From the NCBI GenBank assembly GCA_964016885.1, contig OZ024741.1, positions 210,800,001 to 210,864,000 of the forward strand: 64,000 bases of DNA. The letters run 5' to 3'. The position numbers were made by a program, and so were the translations under genes. Below the pieces are notes generated by a model. It was not told the origin of the DNA. It worked only from the letters and a program-made list of their open reading frames with translations, and searched no databases. Each line of letters opens with the position of its first letter. The first letter of the stretch is position 1. Source of the DNA: Eledone cirrhosa. Taxonomy: Eukaryota. This document shows, piece by piece, positions 38,701 to 52,700 of the stretch.

Positions 38701-41700
38701 CTTATCTCAGTCTCAGTCCACTGTCTCATCCTCAGTCAACCTATCTCAGCCACAGTCCACTGTCTCAGCCTCAGTCCACTGTCTCAGCCACAGTCCACAG
38801 TCTCAGCCTCAGTCCACCTATCTCAGTCTCAGTCCACCTATCTCAGTCTCAGTCCACCTATCTCAGCTTCAGTCCACCTATCTCAGCCACAGTCCACCAA
38901 TCTCAGCCTCAGTCCACTGTCTCAGTCTCAGTCCACTGTCTCAGCCACAGTCCACTGTCTCAGCCACAGACCACTTATCTCAGTCTCAGTCCACCTATCT
39001 CAGTCTCAGTCCACCTATCTCAGCCTCAGTCCACCTATCTCAGCCACAGTCCACCTATCTCAGCCACAGTCCACTGTCTCATCCTCAGTCAACCTATCTC
39101 AGCCACAGTCCACAGTCTCAGCCTCAGTCCACCTATCTCAGCCACAGTCTCACTGTCTCAGCCTCAGTCCACTCTCTCAGCCACAGTCCACTTATGTCAG
39201 TCTCAGTCCACTGTCTCAGCCACAGTCCACTGTCTCAGCCTCAGTCCACTGTCTCAGCCACAGTCCACAGTCTCAGCCTCAGTCCACCTATCTCAGTCTC
39301 AGTCCACCTATCTCAGTCTCAGTCCACCTATCTCAGCTTCAGTCCACCTCTCTCAGCCACAGTCCACCTATCTCAGCCTCAGTCCACTGTCTCAGTCTCA
39401 GTCCACTCTCTCAGCCACAGTCCACTGTCTCAGCCACAGTCCACCTATCTCAGCCTCAGTCCACTGTCTCAGTCTCAGTCCACTGTCTCAGCCACAGTCC
39501 ACCTATCTCAGCCACAGTCCACCTATCTCAGCCACAGACCACTTATCTCAGTCTCAGTCCACCTATCTCAGTCTCAGTCCACTGTCTCAGCCTCAGTCCA
39601 CCTATCTCAGTCACAGTCCACCTATCTCAGTCTCAGTCCACTGTCTCAGCCACAGACCACTTATCTCAGTCTCAGTCCACCTATCTCAGCCACAGTCCAC
39701 TGTCTCATCCTCAGTCAACCTATCTCAGCCACAGTCCACAGTCTCAGCCTCAGTCCACCTATCTCAGTCTCAGTCCACCTACCTCAGCCTCAGTCCACCT
39801 ATCTCAGCCATAGTCCACCTATCTCAGCCTCAGTCCACTGTCTCAGTCTCAGTCCACTGTCTCAGCCACAGTCCACTGTCTCAGCCTCAGTACACCTATC
39901 TCAGCCACAGTCCACTGTCTCAGCCTCAGTACACCTATCTCAGTCTCAGTCCACTGTCTCAGCCACAGTCCGCTGTCTCAGCCACAATCCACCTAACTCA
40001 GCCAGAGTCCACTGTCTCAGCCACAGTCCACTGTCTCAGCCTCAGTCCACTGTCTCAGCCTCAGTCCACCTATCTCAGCCACAGTCCACCTATCTCAGCC
40101 ACAGTCCACTGTCTCAGCCTCAGTCCACCTATCTCAGCCACAGTCCACCTATCTCAGTCTCAGTCCACCTACCTCAGCCTCAGTCCACCTATCTCAGCCT
40201 CAGTCCACCTATCTCAGCCACAGTCCACCTATCTCAGCCACAGTGCACTGTCTCATCCTCAGTCAACCTATCTCAGCCACAGTCCACAGTCTCAGCCTCA
40301 GTCCACCTATCTCAGTCTCAGTCCACCTACCTCAGCCTCAGTCCACCTATCTCAGCCATAGTCCACCTATCTCAGCCACAGTCCACTGTCTCATCCTCAG
40401 TCAACCTATCTCAGCCTCAGTCCACTGTCTCAGTCTCAGTCCACTGTCTCAGCCACAGTCCACTGTCTCAGCCTCAGTACACCTATCTCAGCCACAGTCC
40501 ACTGTCTCAGCCTCAGTACACCTATCTCAGTCTCAGTCCACTGTCTCAGCCACAGTCCACTGTCTCAGCCACAATCCACCTAACTCAGCCAGAGTCCACT
40601 GTCTCAGCCACAGTCCACTGTCTCAGCCTCAGTCCACTGTGTCAGCCTCAGTCCACCTATCTCAGCCACAGTCCACCTATCTCAGCCACAGTCCACTGTC
40701 TCAGCCTCAGTCCACCTATCTCAGCCACAGTCCACCTATCTCAGTCTCAGTCCACCTACCTCAGCCTCAGTCCACCTATCTCAGCCACAGTCCACGTATC
40801 TCAGCCACAGTCCACTATCTCAGCCACAGTCCACTGTCTCAGCCACAGTCCACCTATCTCAGCCACAGTCCACTGTCTCAGCCTCAGTCCACCTATCTCA
40901 GCCACAGTCCACCTATCTCAGCCACAGTCCACTGTCTCAGCCTCAGTCCACCTATCTCAGCCACAGTCCACCTATCTCAGCCACAGTCCACTGTCTCAGC
41001 CACAGTCCATTGTCTCAGCCTCAGTCCACTGTCTCAGCCTCAGTACACCTATCTCAGCCACAGTCCACTGTCTCAGCCTCAGTCCACCTATCTCAGCCAC
41101 AGTCCACCTATCTCAGCCACAGTCCACTGTCTCAGCCACAGTCCACTGTCTCAGCCTCAGTCCACTGTCTCAGCCTCAGTCCACCTATCTCAGCCACAGT
41201 CCACTGTCTCAGCCACAGTCCACTGTCTCAGCCTCAGTTCACTGTCTCAGCCACAGTCCACTGTCTCAGCTACAGTCCACTGTCTGAGCCACAGTCCATT
41301 GTCTCAGCCTCAGTCCACTGTCTCAGCCTCAGTACACCTATCTCAGCCACAGTCCACTGTCTCAGCCTCAGTCCACCTATCTCAGCCACAGTCCACCTAT
41401 CTCAGCCACAGACCACTTATCTCAGTCTCAGTCCACCTATCTCAGTCTCAGTCCACTGTCTCAGCCTCAGTCCACCTATCTCAGTCACAGTCCACCTATC
41501 TCAGTCTCAGTCCACTGTCTCAGCCACAGACCACTTATCTCAGTCTCAGTCCACCTATCTCAGTCTCAGTCCACCTATCTCAGCCTCAGTCCACCTATCT
41601 CAGCCACAGTCCACCTATCTCAGCCACAGTCCACTGTCTCATCCTCAGTCAACCTATCTCAGCCACAGTCCACAGTCTCAGCCTCAGTCCACCTATCTCA

Positions 41701-43759
41701 GCCACAGTCTCACTGTCTCAGCCTCAGTCCACTCTCTCAGCCACAGTCCACTTATGTCAGTCTCAGTCCACTGTCTCAGCCACAGTCCACTGTCTCAGCC
41801 TCAGTCCACTGTCTCAGCCACAGTCCACAGTCTCAGCCTCAGTCCACCTATCTCAGTCTCAGTCCACCTATTTCAGTCTCAGTCCACCTATCTCAGCTTC
41901 AGTCCACCTCTCTCAGCCACAGTCCACCTATCTCAGCCTCAGTCCACTGTCTCAGTCTCAGTCCACTCTCTCAGCCACAGTCCACTGTCTCAGCCACAGT
42001 CCACCTATCTCAGCCTCAGTCCACTGTCTCAGTCTCAGTCCACTGTCTCAGCCACAGTCCACCTATCTCAGCCACAGTCCACCTATCTCAGCCACAGACC
42101 ACTTATCTCAGTCTCAGTCCACCTATCTCAGTCTCAGTCCACTGTCTCAGCCTCAGTCCACCTATCTCAGTCACAGTCCACCTATCTCAGTCTCAGTCCA
42201 CTGTCTCAGCCACAGACCACTTATCTCAGTCTCAGTCCACCTATCTCAGCCTCAGTCCACCTATCTCAGCCACAGTCCACCTATCTCAGCCACAGTCCAC
42301 TGTCTCATCCTCAGTCAACCTATCTCAGCCACAGTCCACAGTCTCAGCCTCAGTCCACCTATCTCAGTCTCAGTCCACCTACCTCAGCCTCAGTCCACCT
42401 ATCTCAGCCATAGTCCACCTATCTCAGCCACAGTCCACTGTCTCATCCTCAGTCAACCTATCTCAGCCACAGTCCACAGTCTCAGCCTCAGTCCACTGTC
42501 TCAGTCTCAGTCCACTGTCTCAGCCACAGTCCACTGTCTCAGCCTCAGTACACCTATCTCAGCCACACTCCACTGTCTCAGCCTCAGTACACCTATCTCA
42601 GTCTCAGTCCACTGTCTCAGCCAGAGTCCACTGTCTCAGCCACAATCCACCTAACTCAGCCAGAGTCCACTGTCTCAGCCACAGTCCACTGTCTCAGCCT
42701 CAGTCCACTGTCTCAGCCTCAGTCCACCTATCTCAGCCACAGTCCACCTATCTCAGCCACAGTCCACTGTCTCAGCCTCAGTCCACCTATCTCAGCCACA
42801 GTCCACCTATCTCAGTCTCAGTCCACCTACCTCAGGCTCAGTCCACCTATCTCAGCCTCAGTTCACCTATCTCAGCCACAGTCCACCTATCTCAGCCACA
42901 GTGCACTGTCTCATCCTCAGTCAACCTATCTCAGCCACAGTCCACAGTCTCAGCCTCAGTCCACCTATCTCAGTCTCAGTCCACCTACCTCAGCCTCAGT
43001 CCACCTATCTCAGCCATAGTCCACCTATCTCAGCCACAGTCCACTGTCTCATCCTCAGTCAACCTATCTCAGCCTCAGTCCACTGTCTCAGTCTCAGTCC
43101 ACTGTCTCAGCCACAGTCCACTGTCTCAGCCTCAGTACACCTATCTCAGCCACAGTCCACTGTCTCAGCCTCAGTACACCTATCTCAGCTTCAGTCCACC
43201 TCTCTCAGCCACAGTCCACCTATCTCAGCCTCAGTCCACTGTCTCAGTCTCAGTCAACTCTCTCAGCCACAGTCCACTGTCTCAGCCACAGTCCACCTAT
43301 CTCAGCCTCAGTCCACTGTCTCAGTCTCAGTCCACTGTCTCAGCCACAGTCCACCTATCTCAGCCACAGTCCACCTATCTCAGCCACAGACCACTTATCT
43401 CAGTCTCAGTCCACCTATCTCAGTCTCAGTCCACTGTCTCAGCCTCAGTCCACCTATCTCAGTCACAGTCCACCTATCTCAGTCTCAGTCCACTGTCTCA
43501 GCCACAGACCACTTATCTCAGTCTCAGTCCACCTATCTCAGCCTCAGTCCACCTATCTCAGCCACAGTCCACCTATCTCAGCCACAGTCCACTGTCTCAT
43601 CCTCAGTTCACCTATCTCAGTCTCAGTCCACTGTCTCAGCCACAGTCCACTTATCTCAGCCAGAGTCCACTGTCTCAGCCACAGTCCACTGTCTCAGTCT
43701 CAGTCCATCTATCTCAGTCTCAGTCCACCTATCTCAGTCTCAGTCCACTGTCTCAGCCA

Positions 43760-46700
43760 CAGTCCACTGTCTCAGCATCAGTCCACCTATCTCAGCCTCA
43801 GTCCACTGTCTCAGCCACAGTCCACTTATCTCAGCCTCAGTCCACTGTCTCAGTCTCAGTCCACCTACCTCAGCCACAGTCCACTGTCTCAGCCTCAGTC
43901 CACTGTCTCAGCCTCAGTCCACTGTCTCAGCCTCAGTCCACCGTCTCAGCCACAGTCCACTGTCTCAGCCTCAGTCCACCTATCTCAGCCTCAGTCCACC
44001 TATCTCAGCCTCAGTCCACCGTCTCAGCCACAGTCCACTGTCTCAGCCTCAGTCCACCTATCTCAGTCTCAGTCCACTGTCTCAGCCACAGTCCACTGTC
44101 TCAGTCTCAGTCCACTGTCTCAGCCTCAGTCCACTGTCTCAGCCTCAGTCCACTGTCTCAGTCTCAGTCCACCTTTCTCAGTCTCAGTCCACCTATCTCA
44201 GCCACAGTCCACTGCCTCAACCACAGTCCACTGTCTCAGTCTCAGTCCACCTATCTCAGTCTCAGGCCACTGTCTCAGCCACAGTCCACTGTCTCAGCCT
44301 CAGTCCACTGTCTCAGCCTCAGTCCACCTATCTCAACCACAGTCCACTGTCTCAGCCACAGTCCACTGTCTCTGCCTCAGTCCACTGTCTCAGCCACAGT
44401 CCACTTATCTCAGTCTCAGTCCACTGTCTCAGCCACAGTCCACTGTCTCAGTCTCAGTCCACTGTCTCAACCACAGTCCACTGACTCAGCCACAGTCCAC
44501 TGTCTCAGCCTCAGTACACCTATCTCTGCCACAGTCCACTGTCTCAGCCTCAGTCCACTGTCTCAGCCTCAGTCCACTGTCTCAGCCTCAGTCCACTCTC
44601 TCAGCCACAGTGCACTTATCTCAGTCTCAGTCCACTGTCTCAGCCACAGTCCACTGTCTCAGCCTCAGTCCACCTATCTCAGCCACAGTCCACTTATCTC
44701 AGTCTCAGTCCACTGTCTCATCCTCAGTCAACCTATCTCAGCCACAGTCCACTGTCTCAGGCTCAGTCCACCTATCTCAGTCTCAGTCCACCTATATCAG
44801 CTTCAGTCCACCTATCTCAGCCGCAGTCCACCTATCTCAGCCTCAGTCCACTGTCTCAGTCTCAGTCCACTGTCTCAGCCACAGTCCACTGTCTCAGCCA
44901 CAGTCCACCTATCTCAGCCTCAGTCCACTGTCTCAGTCTCAGTCCACTGTCTCAGCCACAGTCCACCTATCTCAGCCACAGTCCACCTATCTCAGCCACA
45001 GACCACTTATCTCAGTCTCAGTCCACCTATCTCAGTCTCAGTCCACTGTCTCAGCCTCAGTCCACCTATCTCAGTCACAGTCCACCTATCTCAGTCTCAG
45101 TCCACTGTCTCAGCCACAGACCACTTATCTCAGTCTCAGTCCACCTATCTCAGTCTCAGTCCACCTATCTCAGCCTCAGTCCACCTATCTCAGCCACAGT
45201 CCACCTATCTCAGCCACAGTCCACTGTCTCATCCTCAGTCAACCTATCTCAGCCACAGTCCACAGTCTCAGCCTCAGTCCACCTATCTCAGCCAGAGTCT
45301 CACTGTCTCAGCCTCAGTCCACTCTCTCAGCCACAGTCCACCTATCTCAGCCTCAGTCCACTGTCTCAGTCTCAGTCCACTGTCTCAGCCACAGTCCACT
45401 GTCTCAGCCACAGTCCACCTATCTCAGCCTCAGTCCACTGTCTCAGTCTCAGTCCACTGTCTCAGCCACAGTCCACCTATCTCAGCCACAGTCCACCTAT
45501 CTCAGCCACAGACCACTTATCTCAGTCTCAGTCCACCTATCTCAGTCTCAGTCCACTGTCTCAGCCTCAGTCCACCTATCTCAGTCACAGTCCACCTATC
45601 TCAGTCTCAGTCCACTGTCTCAGCCACAGACCACTTATCTCAGTCTCAGTCCACCTATCTCAGTCTCAGTCCACCTATCTCAGCCTCAGTCCACCTATCT
45701 CAGCCACAGTCCACCTATCTCAGCCACAGTCCACTGTCTCATCCTCAGTCAACCTATCTCAGCCACAGTCCACAGTCTCAGCCTCAGTCCACCTATCTCA
45801 GCCACAGTCTCACTGTCTCAGCCTCAGTCCACTCTCTCAGCCACAGTCCACTTATCTCAGTCTCAGTCCACTGTCTCAGCCACAGTCCACTGTCTCAGCC
45901 TCAGTCCACCTATCTCAGCCACAGTCCACTTATCTCAGTCTCAGTCCACTGTCTCATCCTCAGTCAACCTATCTCAGCCACAGTCCACTGTCTCAGCCTC
46001 AGTCCACTGTCTCAGCCACAGTCCACAGTCTCAGCCTCAGTCCGCCTATCTCAGTCTCAGTCCACCTATCTCAGTCTCAGTCCACCTATCTCAGCTTCAG
46101 TCCACCTATCTCAGCCACAGTCCACCTATCTCAGCCTCAGTCCACTGTCTCAGTCTCAGTCCACTGTCTCAGCCACAGTCCACTGTCTCAGCCACAGTCC
46201 ACCTATCTCAGCCTCAGTCCACTGTCTCAGTCTCAGTCCACTGTCTCAGCCACAGTCCACCTATCTCAGCCACAGTCCACCTATCTCAGCCACAGACCAC
46301 TTATCTCAGTCTCAGTCCACCTATCTCAGTCTCAGTCCACTGTCTCAGCCTCAGTCCACCTATCTCAGTCACAGTCCACCTATCTCAGTCTCAGTCCACT
46401 GTCTCAGCCACAGACCACTTATCTCAGTCTCAGTCCACCTATCTCAGCCTCAGTCCACCTATCTCAGCCACAGTCCACCTATCTCAGCCACAGTGCACTG
46501 TCTCATCCTCAGTCAACCTATCTCAGCCACAGACCACAGTCTCAGCCTCAGTCCACCTATCTCAGTCTCAGTCCACCTACCTCAGCCTCAGTCCACCTAT
46601 CTCAGCCATAGTCCACCTATCTCAGCCACAGTCCACTGTCTCATCCTCAGTCAACCTATCTCAGCCTCAGTCCACTGTCTCAGTCTCAGTCCACTGTCTC

Positions 46701-49700
46701 AGCCACAGTCCACTGTCTCAGCCTCAGTACACCTATCTCAGCCACAGTCCACTGTCTCAGCCTCAGTACACCTATCTCAGTCTCAGTCCACTGTCTCAGC
46801 CACAGTCCACTGTCTCAGCCACAATCCACCTAACTCAGCCAGAGTCCACTGTCTCAGCCACAGTCCACTGTCTCAGCCTCAGTCCACTGTGTCAGCCTCA
46901 GTCCACCTATCTCAGCCACAGTCCACCTATCTCAGCCACAGTCCACTGTCTCAGCCTCAGTCCACCTATCTCAGCCACAGTCCACCTATCTCAGTCTCAG
47001 TCCACCTACCTCAGCCTCAGTCCACCTATCTCAGCCACAGTCCACGTATCTCAGCCACAGTCCACTATCTCAGCCTCAGTCCACTGTCTCAGTCTCAGTC
47101 CACAGTCTCAGCCACAGTCCACTGTCTCAGCCACAGTCCACCTATCTCAGCCACAGTCCACTGTCTCAGCTTCAGTCCACCTATCTCAGCCACAGTCCAC
47201 CTATCTCAGCCACAGTCCACTGTCTCAGCCTCAGTCCACCTATCTCAGCCACAGTCCACCTATCTCAGCCACAGTCCACCGTCTCAGCCACAGTCCATTG
47301 TCTCAGCCTCAGTCCACTGTCTCAGCCTCAGTACACCTATCTCAGCCACAGTCCACTGTCTCAGCCTCAGTCCACCTATCTCAGCCACAGTCCACCTATC
47401 TCAGCGACAGTCCACTGTCTCAGCCACAGTCCACTGTCTCAGCCTCAGTCCACTGTCTCAGCCTCAGTCCACCTATCTCAGCCACAGTCCACTGTCTCAG
47501 CCACAGTCCACTGTCTCAGCCTCAGTTCACTGTCTCAGCCACAGTCCACTGTCTCAGCTACAGTCCACTGTCTGAGCCACAGTCCATTGTCTCAGCCTCA
47601 GTCCACTGTCTCAGCCTCAGTACACCTATCTCAGCCACAGTCCACTGTCTCAGCCTCAGTCCACCTATCTCAGCCACAGTCCACCTATCTCAGCCACAGT
47701 CCACTGTCTCAGCCACAGTCCATTGTCTCAGCCTCAGTCCACTGTCTCATCCTCAGTACACCTATCACAGCCACAGTCCACTGTCTCAGCCTCAGTCCAC
47801 CTATCTCAGCCACAGTCCACCTATCTCAGCCACAGTCCACTGTCTCAGCCACACTCCATTGTCTCAGCCTCAGTCCACCGTCTCAGCCTCAGTACACCTA
47901 TCTCAGCCACAGTCCACTGTCTCAGCCACAATCCACCTATCTCAGCCAGAGTCCACCGTCTCAGCCACAGTCCACTGTCTCAGCCACAGTCCACTGTCTC
48001 AGTCTCATTCCACTGTCTCAGCCTCAGTCCACCTATCTCAGTCTCAGTCCACTGTCTCTGCCTCAGTCCACCTATCTCAGTCACAGTCCACTGTCTCAGC
48101 CACAGTCCACTGTCTCAGCCACAGTCCACCTATCTCAGCCACAGTCCACCTATCTCAGCCACAGTCCACTTATCTCAGTCTCAGTCCACTGTCTCAGCCA
48201 CAGTCCACTGTCTCAGCCTCAGTCCACTGTCTTAGCCTCAGTCCACCTATCTCAGTCTCAGTTCACTGTCTCAGCCACAGTCCACTGTCTCTATCTCGGT
48301 CCACCTATCTCAGCCACAGTCCACTGTCTCAGCCACAGTCCACTGTCTCAGCCACAGTCCACTGTCTCAGCTACAGTCCACTGTCTCAGCCACAGTCCAC
48401 TGTCTCAGCCTCAGTCCACTGTCTCAGCCACAGTCCACTTATCTCAGCCTCAGTCCACTGTCTCAGTCTCAGTCCACCTATCTCAGCCACAGTCCACTTA
48501 TCTCAGCCACAGTCCACTGTCTCAGCCTCAGTCCACTGTCTCAGCCACAGTCCACTGTCTCAGCCACAGACCACTTATCTCAGTCTCAGTCCACCTATCT
48601 CAGCCACAGTCCACTTATCTCAGTCTCAGTCCACTGTCTCAGCCACAGTCCACTGTCTCATCCTCAGTCCACCTATCTCAGCCACAGTCCACAGTCTCAG
48701 CCTCAGTCCACCTACCTCAGCCTCAGTCCACCTATCTCAGCCACAGTCCACGTATCTCAGCCACAGTCCACTGTCTCAGCCTCAGTCCACTGTCTCAGCC
48801 ACAGTCCACTGTCTCAGCCTCAATACACCTATCTCAGCCACAGTCCACTGTCTCAGCCACAGTCCACTGTCTCAGCCTCAGTCCACTGTCTCAGCCACAG
48901 TCCACCTATCTCAGCCACAGTCCACTGTCTCAGCCACAGTCCACCTATCTCAGCCTCAGTCCACTGTCTCAGTCTCAGTCCACTGTCTCAGCCACAGTCC
49001 ACTGTCTCAGCCTCAGTCCACCTATCTCAGCCACAGTCCACTTATCTCAGTCTCAGTCCACTGTCTCATCCTCAGTCAACCTATCTCAGCCACAGTCCAC
49101 TGTCTCAGCCTCAGTCCACTGTCTCAGCCACAGTCCACAGTCTCAGCCTCAGTCCACCTATCTCAGTCTCAGTCCACCTATCTCAGTCTCAGTCCACCTA
49201 TCTCAGCTTCAGTCCACCTATCTCAGCCACAGTCCACCAATCTCAGCCTCAGTCCACTGTCTCAGTCTCAGTCCACTGTCTCAGCCACAGTCCACTGTCT
49301 CAGCCACAGACCACTTATCTCAGTCTCAGTCCACCTATCTCAGTCTCAGTCCACCTATCTCAGCCTCAGTCCACCTATCTCAGCCACAGTCCACCTATCT
49401 CAGCCACAGTCCACTGTCTCATCCTCAGTCAACCTATCTCAGCCACAGTCCACAGTCTCAGCCTCAGTCCACCTATCTCAGCCACAGTCTCACTGTCTCA
49501 GCCTCAGTCCACTCTCTCAGCCACAGTCCACTTATGTCAGTCTCAGTCCACTGTCTCAGCCACAGTCCACTGTCTCAGCCTCAGTCCACTGTCTCAGCCA
49601 CAGTCCACAGTCTCAGCCTCAGTCCACCTATCTCAGTCTCAGTCCACCTATCTCAGTCTCAGTCCACCTATCTCAGCTTCAGTCCACCTCTCTCAGCCAC

Positions 49701-52700
49701 AGTCCACCTATCTCAGCCTCAGTCCACTGTCTCAGTCTCAGTCCACTCTCTCAGCCACAGTCCACTGTCTCAGCCACAGTCCACCTATCTCAGCCTCAGT
49801 CCACTGTCTCAGTCTCAGTCCACTGTCTCAGCCACAGTCCACCTATCTCAGCCACAGTCCACCTATCTCAGCCACAGACCACTTATCTCAGTCTCAGTCC
49901 ACCTATCTCAGTCTCAGTCCACTGTCTCAGCCTCAGTCCACCTATCTCAGTCACAGTCCACCTATCTCAGTCTCAGTCCACTGTCTCAGCCACAGACCAC
50001 TTATCTCAGTCTCAGTCCACCTATCTCAGCCTCAGTCCACTGTCTCAGCCACAGTCCACTTATCTCAGCCTCAGTCCACTGTCTCAGTCTCAGTCCACCT
50101 ACCTCAGCCACAGTCCACTGTCTCAGCCTCAGTCCACTGTCTCAGCATCAGTCCACCTATCTCAGCCTCAGTCCACTGTCTCAGCCACAGTCCACTTATC
50201 TCAGCCTCAGTCCACTGTCTCAGTCTCAGTCCACCTACCTCAGCCACAGTCCACTGTCTCAGCCTCAGTCCACTGTCTCAGCCTCAGTCCACTGTCTCAG
50301 CCTCAGTCCACCGTCTCAGCCACAGTCCACTGTCTCAGCCTCAGTCCACCTATCTCAGCCTCAGTCCACCTATCTCAGCCTCAGTCCACCGTCTCAGCCA
50401 CAGTCCACTGTCTCAGCCTCAGTCCACCTATCTCAGTCTCAGTCCACTGTCTCAGCCACAGTCCACTGTCTCAGTCTCAGTCCACTGTCTCAGCCTCAGT
50501 CCACTGTCTCAGCCTCAGTCCACTGTCTCAGTCTCAGTCCACCTTTCTCAGTCTCAGTCCACCTATCTCAGCCACAGTCCACTGCCTCAACCACAGTCCA
50601 CTGTCTCAGTCTCAGTCCACCTATCTCAGTCTCAGGCCACTGTCTCAGCCACAGTCCACTGTCTCAGCCTCAGTCCACTGTCTCAGCCTCAGTCCACCTA
50701 TCTCAACCACAGTCCACTGTCTCAGCCACAGTCCACTGTCTCTGCCTCAGTCCACTGTCTCAGCCACAGTCCACTTATCTCAGTCTCAGTCCACTGTCTC
50801 AGCCACAGTCCACTGTCTCAGTCTCAGTCCACTGTCTCAACCACAGTCCACTGACTCAGCCACAGTCCACTGTCTCAGCCTCAGTACACCTATCTCTGCC
50901 ACAGTCCACTGTCTCAGCCTCAGTCCACTGTCTCAGCCTCAGTCCACTGTCTCAGCCTCAGTCCACTCTCTCAGCCACAGTGCACTTATCTCAGTCTCAG
51001 TCCACTGTCTCAGCCACAGTCCACTGTCTCAGCCTCAGTCCACCTATCTCAGCCACAGTCCACTTATCTCAGTCTCAGTCCACTGTCTCATCCTCAGTCA
51101 ACCTATCTCAGCCACAGTCCACTGTCTCAGGCTCAGTCCACCTATCTCAGTCTCAGTCCACCTATATCAGCTTCAGTCCACCTATCTCAGCCGCAGTCCA
51201 CCTATCTCAGCCTCAGTCCACTGTCTCAGTCTCAGTCCACTGTCTCAGCCACAGTCCACTGTCTCAGCCACAGTCCACCTATCTCAGCCTCAGTCCACTG
51301 TCTCAGTCTCAGTCCACTGTCTCAGCCACAGTCCACCTATCTCAGCCACAGTCCACCTATCTCAGCCACAGACCACTTATCTCAGTCTCAGTCCACCTAT
51401 CTCAGTCTCAGTCCACTGTCTCAGCCTCAGTCCACCTATCTCAGTCACAGTCCACCTATCTCAGTCTCAGTCCACTGTCTCAGCCACAGACCACTTATCT
51501 CAGTCTCAGTCCACCTATCTCAGTCTCAGTCCACCTATCTCAGCCTCAGTCCACCTATCTCAGCCACAGTCCACCTATCTCAGCCACAGTCCACTGTCTC
51601 ATCCTCAGTCAACCTATCTCAGCCACAGTCCACAGTCTCAGCCTCAGTCCACCTATCTCAGCCAGAGTCTCACTGTCTCAGCCTCAGTCCACTCTCTCAG
51701 CCACAGTCCACCTATCTCAGCCTCAGTCCACTGTCTCAGTCTCAGTCCACTGTCTCAGCCACAGTCCACTGTCTCAGCCACAGTCCACCTATCTCAGCCT
51801 CAGTCCACTGTCTCAGTCTCAGTCCACTGTCTCAGCCACAGTCCACCTATCTCAGCCACAGTCCACCTATCTCAGCCACAGACCACTTATCTCAGTCTCA
51901 GTCCACCTATCTCAGTCTCAGTCCACTGTCTCAGCCTCAGTCCACCTATCTCAGTCACAGTCCACCTATCTCAGTCTCAGTCCACTGTCTCAGCCACAGA
52001 CCACTTATCTCAGTCTCAGTCCACCTATCTCAGTCTCAGTCCACCTATCTCAGCCTCAGTCCACCTATCTCAGCCACAGTCCACCTATCTCAGCCACAGT
52101 CCACTGTCTCATCCTCAGTCAACCTATCTCAGCCACAGTCCACAGTCTCAGCCTCAGTCCACCTATCTCAGCCACAGTCTCACTGTCTCAGCCTCAGTCC
52201 ACTCTCTCAGCCACAGTCCACTTATCTCAGTCTCAGTCCACTGTCTCAGCCACAGTCCACTGTCTCAGCCTCAGTCCACCTATCTCAGCCACAGTCCACT
52301 TATCTCAGTCTCAGTCCACTGTCTCATCCTCAGTCAACCTATCTCAGCCACAGTCCACTGTCTCAGCCTCAGTCCACTGTCTCAGCCACAGTCCACAGTC
52401 TCAGCCTCAGTCCGCCTATCTCAGTCTCAGTCCACCTATCTCAGTCTCAGTCCACCTATCTCAGCTTCAGTCCACCTATCTCAGCCACAGTCCACCTATC
52501 TCAGCCTCAGTCCACTGTCTCAGTCTCAGTCCACTGTCTCAGCCACAGTCCACTGTCTCAGCCACAGTCCACCTATCTCAGCCACAGTCCACCTATCTCA
52601 GCCACAGTCCACTTATCTCAGTCTCAGTCCACTGTCTCAGCCACAGTCCACTGTCTCAGCCTCAGTCCACTGTCTTAGCCTCAGTCCACCTATCTCAGTC

